Part shown: positions 53,124-64,000 of the stretch, in pieces
Layout of the letters: each line of letters starts with the position of its first letter
How positions within the stretch are numbered: position 1 is the stretch's first letter
NCBI GenBank assembly: GCA_016748015.1
Contig: JAAOMT010000647.1
Span: forward strand, 4,880 to 68,879
DNA: 64,000 bases
From: Geosiphon pyriformis uo1
Lineage: Eukaryota; Fungi; Glomeromycota
Direction of reading: 5' to 3'
Notes under the pieces: generated by a model
Told to the model about the DNA's origin: nothing
Database searches by the model: none
What the model saw: the letters and a program-made list of their open reading frames with translations, nothing else
Translations under genes and position numbers: made by a program

Positions 53124-53886
53124 ATTAATTAATTAATTCAAGCCAATTCCAATAATCTTCGATAACAAGAGTATTTTGGAAGCTAAGAAAAAAAAAAACA
53201 TATTACGCCAACATCGGCGAAAGCAGCATCATCTTGAATCTTTATTTTGTTGTAGCATGCCCCATATATTTAATATGGATTAAAAAAGATTAAAAATAAA
53301 ACCTGGCAATTACACAATTTTAATGTTAATTGTCGAAACCATTTTTGATTTGACTTATAAAAATAATAAAAGATTTAATTTTAATGGTACTTATTTTATG
53401 TCAATTTTGTTTATTTTTTGAAAATTTTGAATTTTAGCTGTACAAAATTTTAATTACTTTTTATATTGAACAATTTGCTTTATAAAATACGTGACCTGAC
53501 CAAATATTTGCAACGTCGCGTTGTACAATTTGTTCTCGAGATTCATCAACTTTTCACTAGCCAAAATAGGTCAGAATATCTTTTTTTCACTACCAAATAA
53601 AAAAGATCGATGATTACTGTTAAACAACTTGTTCTCAGTGCTTTTGAACCCTTGTAAGCTCTAAATTCGAATTACTTCCTTTAACATTATCAATCAAATT
53701 AAGTCTTTGTGAACAAAAAATAACCTTAGAAACTTCATTCAATTTTCAAAAGGTTTATGCTTTCTTGTTTAAAACTTCCGCCTGACATTTAGAAAGTGTC
53801 AAGCTTTTGCCGCACCCAAGAAAGACCATACTCGTTTTTTTCTGAGCCAATAGACACGGCTACTGAGAAAACAGCTTACTTCTGAA

Positions 53887-56017
53887 ATGTCAATCTATTA
53901 CAAACCGAACCCGCAGCCCTGGTATGGACGTTGTAAAGCACCTACCTATCCGTCTCCACGCTATGGAAATTCGGAAATTAGTCAAGCCTTCACCTCTGGA
54001 GACTATTCTACTGCCATAAATCTTTTAACCGAGCACATATCAAGATATCGAAAAAATTTCACTACAACTAAACATGACGTTATTAAACATGCCTTCTTAG
54101 CTCGAGCCATGTGTTATCAACAAGAAAGGGATTTCTCAAAGGTGTTGGCCGATGCTTTGGAGGTTCTAAAGCTATCTATTGAAGAGAGTTCGGAGTTGGT
54201 TGTTCTGACATCCAAGAATCAAAATAAAAAAACTTCTGATTCTTTATTTTGTCATGTTCTGGCACTATGGTTAAGAAGTCTTGCCTTTGAATCCCTAGAA
54301 AAATGGGAATTGACCAAGAAAGATCTGATTAGATTAAAATTATTGATTCGGGAGCATAATAACCTTGCCAATCTCAAGGATGGGATCTTGTCGCCACTTT
54401 TAAAATATATGGTGCCATTAATTGCCCAGACTGGCCAAAGATCGATAATAATTAATCTTCAATGCGTTATTGAACGTCTGGGCCGAATAGAAAATCTTTT
54501 GGAGCAAGATAATTGTCGGCGGAACGATCCTGCCCAAGCATTTCGGTTAGTTAATGAGAGTGCAAAGGATTTTCAGAAATTTGTGCAAAGATTTCATTAT
54601 CGTTTATTATTACGAAAGCCGATCCATCCGAATATCCATCTTGAAATGTGGTACACGATGGATATTATGGTTGTAAGCGAAATGGGTTTGTTTAAACGAG
54701 CAGACATGGATGGTGTCGACGGCTATACACTAGGATGCAAAATTCTCTATATCGGTGATAAAAGGTCCAATGAAGATGAAAATTTTGAGGTTCAAGTTAG
54801 GGCATTGAGTGCCGTATCTTGCGAGTGGAGTGGATTGACAGCCACTGAATGGGCAGGCGTACGAAGTGGTGGTTTAGGTGGTTTGGAATTCAAAATAACG
54901 AGGAAAAATCAATCTATGGCTAATTTCATACATCAAGAAGTTTCCGAGGAATCAGAGAATCTTTCAATTCTTTACCTTCAAGTTTATCCTGTTAAGGAAA
55001 TGATTGATAAAAGTATTAGCAATTCCCCTGAGAATAGTAAATTGACCGGAGATGACATCCCTAAATCACTTGGGCATCACCTTGTGCCACTGGTGATTGG
55101 GCCAATTCATTTGACGACATGTCAAGGTTTAAAGTCTTTTTGTGAGTACCATTGCCTTTCTCCTAGCCAAGCTATCACGCCTTCAAAATTATCACAGGAT
55201 GGGCTTTCGTCACCCCAATTATCACAGTTAGCGCCATCAAAACTCCATTGGGATGATAGTTTAGTGAATAGTTTCAGAGCTTTCGAATTACCGAATGGTA
55301 AAAATCTCTTAATCAAGGAACTCTGGGACTTTGGAATCCCCGGTAAAGTTTGGGATTCTGCGTTCATTATAGTTCAATTATTTAAAGACAAGCTCGTACA
55401 AGATCCGTCAGCTCTATACGGTAAAAAGATCTTGGACCTATCAACAGGGACCGGATTTGTTGGACTCTATCTCGCCGCACTGATTTCTAATCTCCCTCCC
55501 AAAAATGATACCTATATTGTTTCAAAGCATGAGAAGGCAGCAATCATTCTAACTGATTTGGAGGAAGCCCTAGGCTTGATTCAAACCAATCATTCTCTGA
55601 ATCAATATCTTTTTCAGAATCATGATAAAGTCGAGATTGAGATTAAGACGTTACGATGGGGCGAATTGTCAAAGGCAAAGAATATCGGAGTGATTGATGT
55701 AGTTTTGGCGTCTGACGTGGTTTACGAACCGGGTAAGCAAAATACCTGAAGTTCATGGTTTAAAAGATAATTCATTGATTTTTAACATTATTCCTACAGA
55801 GCTTTTTGAAGTGCTCATTGAAACTTTTTTCGCTCTTTGTACACCTGGAGTGACCAAAATATTTCTTGGATACAAACGTCGAGGTTTGACATTCGAAGAA
55901 GAATGTAAATTTTTCAAAAGCTTGAATTCGAAATTGAAGATGAGAATTTTAGATGGTCTTGGTGAATCAGCTAATGAAAGTAACGTTCAAATTTACGAGC
56001 TGTGGCGAAATCAATAA
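53887..56017 (+). CDS. METTL21/Efm-type protein-lysine methyltransferase with N-terminal TPR-like region; exons 53887-55732, 55800-56017
   Basis: GKVWDSA, ILDLSTGTG, ILTDLE, LRWG and LASDVVY motifs. GT-AG intron 55733-55799 keeps the frame. Confidence 0.85.
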
Positions 56018-57694
56018 TAAAAGTTTTTGATTATATTATCATCTTGATTCTTAGATGAAGAGATCTTTCTAATTTAGGTGGAAAACTTCCCTCTCGAGAT
56101 GTTAATATGGTTTCTTTCTATATTAAACTGTTAAGTAAAATAATGGCAGACTCCATACGATAGGTACATAGAATTTTTTGCAGATCTATCAATTGGCTTG
56201 TCCCTTGGAGTCAACATAATTAGCAATAATTACTAATCAGCTAACGATAATGAGTTAAATATTAGAACCAAAAAATCCTAAATTGGTTTTGAGTTTCTCG
56301 TTTGTAAACATAACATTTAAAAAAAGGTGAAAACCAATATACTCGCCTTGTTTCTATAATATTTGTACTTTCAAAAATTATAACTAGATATTTTAACCTA
56401 AATAAATAATGAAATGGTTGTTCAAGTCTCTTTCATGAGTTTTTGTATCTTTTAAATTTTCATTTTCCAGGGAGTATTTTTGGCTTTAGACGCACATTAA
56501 ATCTTTCTTTTTGCCTCAATTTCCAAATCTCGAAAAGGAACCTTTTGTTAAAAAATTAGGCGATGTATTGATTACTAATAAAATTCATTTATCAAAACCC
56601 TTTGAGGTTTATTCATCCATGGCAAACCCTAAGAACAAAAAACTTATTAAGGCTGCAATGGAAATATTCCTCCACATTATTAAAAGACCAATTTAGAATG
56701 CCTCATGGACCTAAACCAAATAAATGGTTTAATTCAATGACCCTTCTCGGATCAAAAAGGAACTGCCAAGACGAATAGCCATTAGGCCAATTACGTCATG
56801 ACACAGGTTGAAATCATTATGACTTTTGCTTTTTTCAACCTTACATCTCGGTTTGTTTATCATAATATTTATTGTTTGCGATCTCTAAACTGAAATTCAT
56901 GAAATGCTCGTGCGATTCATGATTTCCTTTTTGACAAAATGCAGAAAAAACGTAAAATTAGATTTGATAATCTTATTAAGATTGGAAATAAATAAATAGA
57001 ATTTCAAAAAATGAATAATAATACTAAGCTTTAAGTAATCATTTATTTTACAATTTTTTATTTATATTAATAATTTTATTTATATATGTATATATATTTT
57101 TGATTTTTTTGATGCAATTTTCATTTGTTCATTGATTAAATTAATAATTTCTTATATATTTATTTATAAATAAATTAAAATTTTGTCATATAAATATTCT
57201 TTTTATTATTTGCAATTGAAAAATTTTTGAAAAGTATAAAACATATTTTAATTTTTTTTTAATTTTTATATATATATATATTTTAATTTTTTTTGCAATT
57301 TTTTTTTTTTAATTAAAATTACAAATTATATGTTAAAATTAAAATTAATGTGGATTTAATTTTATATTTTAAATAATAAATATAATTAAAAAATTAATAA
57401 ATATTATATATTATTATAAATAAATTTTTATGTATAACTTATTTTTTTGTAATTCATTTATTATGGTTTATATATTATTTACTTTATTAAAAATATACTT
57501 TTTATATAATAAATATTTTTTAGTTAAATTGGTTATTAAACTCAAAATTAAACATAATAAAATTGTAATAAGCATTATAAAAATATTTTATTAATAATTA
57601 GTAAGACTAAATATTAACATATGCATTTTGAAAATTTATTTTATTATTCTTTCAGTTTAAAATCTGCCTATTTAATTATACACATAAACTCAAA

Positions 57695-58463
57695 TCACCA
57701 AACACGACATTCACGAATCATATCCTGAATTTCATCAAAAAATTCACGATCAAATAATTCATTGTGTAAATCTAACGCCCTCTTACTATTTTTTTCATCC
57801 TCACCCTCTTTTCCCATCCATAAAGCCAATCCAACAACAACATCTCTCGAATCAACTGGATTTTCCCGCGAGATCATTTCCGAAATCAATGACGCGTAAA
57901 GATGATACAAGGTCGAGTAAGCCCCGAGTAAAACATTAGTTGTTCTAGATGGGGTTGGAGGATCCCCTGATGTAGAATTCGAATTGGAGAGGAAACTGAT
58001 TGGTGATAGGGAATCTAGTGTTGTGTATAACTATTTGTTTGTTAAGATTTAAATGAAAATCAAACAGAGAATGGGTTGAATAGGAGTGAATTGATTAAAC
58101 TATCAAAAAATTCATTTAACGCACCAAACTCCCAATCTTATCATATTGCGTCACCAAAATTAATATCCTATTGCGAAACCCTGTGACCAGTACTTCAGTA
58201 TGTACGCTATTTATTTTCCTTGCTGTTTGAAGAGTTTTTAGTGGGAACTGAGGCAGGTGTGAAGGTGACTGTGGTTGAGGTACATGCATCGAAGGAGTTG
58301 TGGTAGGTATAGGCGGACAAGTTTCAATATTGAATTCGGATGATGATAATAGTGTCATTGATATTTTTGGAGCTGATGACAGTTGTTGTATTAAGGTTGA
58401 TGATTCACTGTTAGTTAAAGACAAACTTTTATACTCTTTAATTTCCTGGTTACTTGTTGACAT
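57695..58463 (-). CDS. PSMG3: Proteasome assembly chaperone 3 (PAC3/PSMG3 family); exons 58463-58125, 58030-57695
   Basis: FPLKT..RKINSVHTEVLVTGFRNRILILVTQYDKIGSL signature; VLLG..LYASLISE..VVVGLAL. Phase-0 intron 58124-58031. Confidence 0.8.
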
Positions 58464-58996
58464 TTTGAAAATATTAATATTCTCTCAAAGTTATAGATCT
58501 TTATTTAGTAAAATATGTTTTTTAAGAATATATCATTGGCCCCTGAGATTTTGTTCCTTATCATTCTGTCACAGCTTTTGATAATCTTGTTTTAAATAGA
58601 GACCATCACCTGCATCATTGTCTCCGAGGACAACATTTTTTTGACCACATTTCGGGCATCCCTTTCCCTTATTCTGTTTTATCCATACCCTAAAACACAA
58701 AAAATTTTGGTTTAAGATATATATAGTTTTACATTTCACTTGGGTTTGGACACCACGAATCACTTAATTTTTCCATGTAAATAAAACTTTTTGAAAAGTC
58801 AGGATAATTTAAATTCTTTATATAGACAACCAAAAAATGTATTTGCATGGACCTCAAAAAATTTTAACTGTTCATTTCAAGACTTCATTTGTGGTAAGTG
58901 TTTATTTGGTAGTAAAGACTAATAAAACGGCGATGTAGTTAGTGGGTGAAGGAAAAAAAAATTTCTTGGTGATATCAATTTTTAAGCATTGTTTTT

Positions 58997-60434
58997 ATGG
59001 CAAGCCCAATAATTACTGATTGTCGAAAGGATGAATTTTTGGAAAATTAATTAATATCTAAACTCTTATTAACGTTTCCAGCTATTTATTACCAATTGAT
59101 ATTTCATTTTTCCTACAGCTTTCATCTCGTTCATTCTCTAATTTCATCAAAAAAGAAATCAACAAAAATACAAGTTCTAATTTTTCCAATCGTCTACTAT
59201 CACCGCACCTCCAGTTACCAATTCTTCAATCATCCTCATCATCATCATCATCATCATGTTTCCCAAACCTTTCTCCGAAAACTAACTTCTTTCGATCAAA
59301 AACTACTAGCACAGAATCAGCAACCTCAGCAATTACCTACAAACTAAAACACCCACGTCAAAAACCGCCACCATTACCACAAATCAATACCCCAACCCCA
59401 TCAGCCGAAGAAGCGGTTACCAATATCCTTTATAATACCCCGGGTCCATCACGTGCACCCGCAAAAAGACATATTTTGAATTGTTTGGTACAAAATGAAC
59501 CGGGTGTTTTGAGTCGTATTAGTGGGATTTTGGCTGGACGAGGATTTAATATTGATTCGTTAGTGGTTGCGAGGACTGAGGCTGTTGATTTGAGTAGAAT
59601 GACTATTGTGTTAAGAGGTCGAGATGACGTGGTCGAACAAGCCAGACGACAATTAGAAGATTTGGTGAGAGCTAATCCAAAAACTCGCTCGAGGTTTTCA
59701 ATTTTTTTTGATTAATTAATTATAAATATGATTTTTTTTTTGCGATTTAGGTACCCGTTTGGGCCGTTTTAGATTATACCGAGACTACTATTGTTGAACG
59801 AGAATTATTGTTAATTAAAGTCTCAATCTTGGGACTGGAACATTTACATGAACAACTCGCTGCCATTAAACACGATGTTTATGATGACAAATTTATGCCC
59901 GAAGCTGATTTAGAGATTTCTCAAGTATGAACCGATTTCATCGTAATAATGATGTTAGGAACCAGATCTCGTAAAAACATATTTCTCTTTGTCATTCTAG
60001 AAATTTGATCCCAATGAATCGGATGATAACTTTAGATCAGAACCCATGACCCCTTCATCGGCATTAAGACAGAAACATTCACATCTATGTGCGCTCAAGG
60101 ATCTCGCTAAAATGTTTGGTGGAAAACTAGTGGATGTATCGAATTTTAATGTGGTGATTGAATTATCGGCGAAACCGTCAAGAGTTGATGCTTTCATAAA
60201 ATTAGTCAAACCATTTGGAATTTTAGAAGCTGCACGGAGTGGTATGTTGTATTGGTCTTTGATGATTGAATAAAGAATGCGTGTTTCCTTTAACTCACTA
60301 CTAAAGTTTTGATTTTTATATTTCTAGGAATGATGGCATTACCACGTACCCCAATACACGATATATCAGATGTAGGATTCGAGAAGCAGAGTGAAGATTC
60401 ACAAGTAGATGCTACCATGTTACCACCAGGATAG
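58997..60434 (+). CDS. ILV6: Mitochondrial acetolactate synthase regulatory subunit; exons 59119-59664, 59751-59924, 60001-60241, 60328-60434; first exon ambiguous
   Basis: LNCLVQNEPGVLSRISGILAGRGFNIDSLVV ACT domain, ARRQLEDLVPVWAVLDY, ARSGMMALPR and C-terminal LPPG. GT-AG introns keep the frame. Confidence 0.95.
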
Positions 60435-61493
60435 TAAAAATTGAGAATTCAGGAATAAGGATTAATCCTGAAAATAGAATCTAGTAATAGCAATATGTTA
60501 TAAATTTAATGATGGAGAATGTTTGGTATTACGAGGGAAAAGACAAGTTCGTTTCTGTTATTGCTTTTAATATTAATAGCGTGAAGTAAAGAAGGTGATT
60601 TACTTTTCCTATACATAATTTTGGTCCCAAGTAGTTAGTCGAGACCCAAATTTTGAATTTAATGTCATTCTCTGGCATAAACAAAAGCCATGACCCAAGG
60701 TCTTAATAATAAACTCGTATGATGTCGTTAATGAGCGAGTACTAGTACTATATAGTGCTTAAAATTATATTACAAAACTTAACCTCACATTTATTCTAAA
60801 TAACGTTCTGAAAATTATGTAACTATGAACATTTGAATAAATTATTATTATTGCGTTGAAAGAATATTTTGATGAATGGATAGGTGAATGGATAAATGAA
60901 ACAATGCCAAAACTGTGAAACTATTTTCTATCCATACCGATAAGTCAGTGTGATTGGTTGTAATAAAAGTGTTTTGATTCTCGCTAAGTTGTAATGTCAG
61001 TCGACGGAAATTTCACTATTATCATAGATATCATTCATGGAACAAGCAAAACTTTCAGAGAAGCAGAGCAAGCAAAAAAATTCATGCCTGGCATACATAG
61101 GCTTTTATACCGCTGATATACCTGTGGCAAGTTAGAAGATTCAAGAAGCATTCTAAAATCCCATAGTTCCATCTGAGAAATCAATGAATAATAATAAAAT
61201 TATGGCAATCGATGCCATCAACACCAATATCGCGGAATTAGGTCGAGAAGATAATGGTTCGTCAAAAACAACTTACTTCAAAGTCTGGACTTTTTTGGGA
61301 GAATTTTTTGGTGCTGAGAAATGTCCACATCATGTGTCGTGGGTCGTTGTCTTTTTTGAGTCATCTCTCTCGATCAGTATTGGGTGAATCGTTTCTCCAG
61401 CTAGCTTTTCACGAGACGCATCTTGCCAGTCATTCTCAATAAAATAAGGTGGGCAGCTTTTGCTGTTGGAAACCATCCAACCATTTTTCATTC

Positions 61494-63925
61494 TCACAAG
61501 TCCTGAACAAAAATGACTCGATAATTATCCAGAATTGTCTCGACTACTTTGCATTGCCATCCCATATCATTCAGCCCTATTCCATCGACTGTATTTAAAG
61601 GCATCATATTTAGTGATGCGGTCGATGATACAGAGGTGATTGGGCTTACAAGAGGAGCCCTGAGTAAAGTTGGTCCAAATACTATCGCTAGATTCTGGAC
61701 TCCCATTTTGTTGATTTTTTGGTTAGCCACAACTCTAGAAAATTTATAATTTAGACTTCAATTTACTTAAAGGATATTAAAACACTTTAATGTTTTACCC
61801 ACTTATCCAAATGTCCCATTAGGTAATTTAAAGTACTGTAATTCGGATCTGGTAGTAAATTAACTCTTTCATGAAGTGCGATGACTCGCCGCTTTGGATC
61901 CTCAATTTCTGTGAGCAAAGAGGGTGAAAAGCTCAAATTAATATATTTATTCCTTAACACAAAGAGAAGAAAAAGTGAACTTACTTGCGGCACTAATAAA
62001 ATCATGATACATTGAATAAGTAAACAAGGGCTCGGGTAAATCACGGAGCCATAATTTTAACAGGGCTGCAATACAATTAATATCTATTATGTATTCTTCC
62101 GCATTCAGATCGACTGCCTCGGCATCTTGAAAGTTCCCAGTGTTATAAGAATACAAACTTTCTTGACGTTTGTACAAAAAATCAGAACAAAAAAAGAATG
62201 GACTTACTTCTGTCAAATAATATTTTTAGTTTTTGAATTTGTAAAGTGGCACCTGTCAGACGATATATTCCCTGACTGTCGAGTCCTATGTATAAAATTT
62301 TTTGTTAAATATGGCAAGAGAATTGGCCAACGTAATGAAAAAAGAATTTACCATGTTTTTCGATTGCTTCGGCGCACTTGACCACAATCAGCGGAAGTTC
62401 GTGTCCATCACGCTCCATTTGTTCGGCTAGATCTACTCCAAAAATGTTTCTTGGATTAATAATATCTAGAACTTGGGGTGACTATATTTAGTAGATGTGA
62501 AAAAATATTATTCGATTATTCACTATACCCTCGAGTTGTTTTAAACCACCTTCAAATATGTAAACACTTACTACAGAGTATTCTTCATAAGTTATATCTT
62601 TTCGTTTGACCCTTCTAGCTTTCGCACCGGTTCCTACTACATATGATTCAAAATCTGCTTCATTATCAATTTGCTCAATCACCTTACGTAATGAAGGCCC
62701 TTGAAAATACCGCAAAAAGATTGATTAATATATTTCACAAAATATGAAGGGTGTATATATCACGCAGGAAAAAATCGCGCCCTGTTCTGTGCGTGCTTTC
62801 ATAATTACCATCTTCTGAATTGACGGGGCTGATAACCAATGCGTCGCTTACCATGGTGTTTTCAAACAGGTAAGAGTACCGTGCCAAATGATATTGCAGG
62901 GCTGCATCGCATTCGTCTGCGGTATCTTTGAGGGCCTTTTTGGAAATATTAACAAGAGCAGAGTTCTTGAAAGTTCATATTTAGCGTAACAAAACATGCA
63001 CAAATGGCTTTTATGTATTAAAGCCTTACCGTAATCATGCGAGGTAGACGAACATTATAATAATCATGGCGTGTTGTGTTTGTATTTAGTAAATGTGATT
63101 TATAATTCTCGTTTGCTGCAGCCGCTTTCTTACTAGCCTCCTCTTCCATCTTTACCAACTTCAATTAAGTGTTTTTGTATTTTTAGTTAATTTTCGATAA
63201 ACAAAATAAAATTCGAGAATCAAATGTAACCATCAAAACCTGAATCGAAGTCTTCGGTTTATTGGCAAATATAGCTTTTGTTATTGTTCTTTTTGATGCA
63301 GGAATTACATCTCCATTCTTCTCTAATACTTTGCGTTCCCATTCCTCACTATGTGAATCGTATTTAAATTTAGCCTAAAAATAAAAAAATAAAAAAAAAA
63401 TCGTGATATTAAATTTTAATATATATATATTTTTTCTTAAAAGAAAATATAGACCTTCTCCAATGCTTGTTCAGCTTCCAGAATATTTTTTTCGTACTTT
63501 TGCCCGGCATCCTTGAGCTGGTGAAGATGAAAATTATTATGAGGAAAAAATAAGCAGATGAAATATGGACACTGAAGTTGACGCGTACACCCACATTTTT
63601 TCGACTTTTTTCGGTATCTTTAAAGTGTGCCGACAGCTCGTCAGATATTTTGTTAATGCCATCTGCAAAATTTAACCGATTTTCACCGATAGCTTCATGA
63701 AGTTTCATCATAGCTATCCAACTATCACCATACGTGCTATTAAAAAAGGAATTTATGACTAACTATGAATATTTATCTCGAGGTAAAAAGATTTCTTTAA
63801 AAAGTACCCTTGCTTGTTGATGTTGGTTTGATGGCTTTCTTGGATACCCCTTGCTAATTTTATCATCATGCGTCCATATTCTTCTTCAATTGCAGCTCGT
63901 TTCCTTAAAAAGAGAGCAGCTTCCT
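61494..63925 (-). CDS. F-BAR (FCH) + RhoGAP protein, Rgd1/Rga7-like; multi-exon, 5' end outside the window
   Basis: FLRKRAAIEEEYGR, IFGVDLAEQM, GIYRLTG arginine finger, LKLWLRDLPEPL, NKMGVQNLAIVFGPTL. Confidence 0.9.
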
Positions 63926-64000
63926 TTATACAATTTGAGTTTTGATGAGAAACAGAGGCTTAAGTTGCAAAATAAAATGATTTTTGCACAATTCACCTAC

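Noticed and set aside
57030-57650. MITE in the AT-rich intergenic tract
   Set aside because: Could not identify TIRs or a TSD; low complexity.
59096-59347. His-rich ORF (HHHHHHH)
   Set aside because: Off-frame reading of the TCA poly-Ser repeat in the ILV6 presequence.

Overview
Eukaryotic, very AT-rich fungal DNA. Intron style, gene content and TE families suggest Glomeromycotina, possibly Geosiphon-like; this is an inference. Bases 1-52,400 are a nested transposon graveyard heavily mutated by C>T/G>A transitions. It holds one near-complete Ty3/Gypsy LTR retrotransposon (12,818-22,703), several decayed relatives and solo LTRs (TGTTA..TAACA ends, 4-bp TSDs), three copies of a poly(A)-tailed ORF1-only retroposon, a decayed LINE, a Sola3-like DNA transposon and a pogo/Tigger element. 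Bases 53,800-64,000 are CpG-retaining host genes: a TPR + METTL21-type methyltransferase, proteasome assembly chaperone 3, ILV6 and a partial F-BAR/RhoGAP. The most notable observation is the Gypsy organisation, shared by two families in the window. One frame encodes Gag-PR-(Cys-rich domain)-dUTPase-RT-RNase H and stops. Integrase follows as a separate ATG-initiated ORF in another frame. A conserved non-env third ORF comes last. Also notable are the HAL1-like ORF1-only element with a TSD and a RIP-like mutation signature. All alignments and counts were done by eye.
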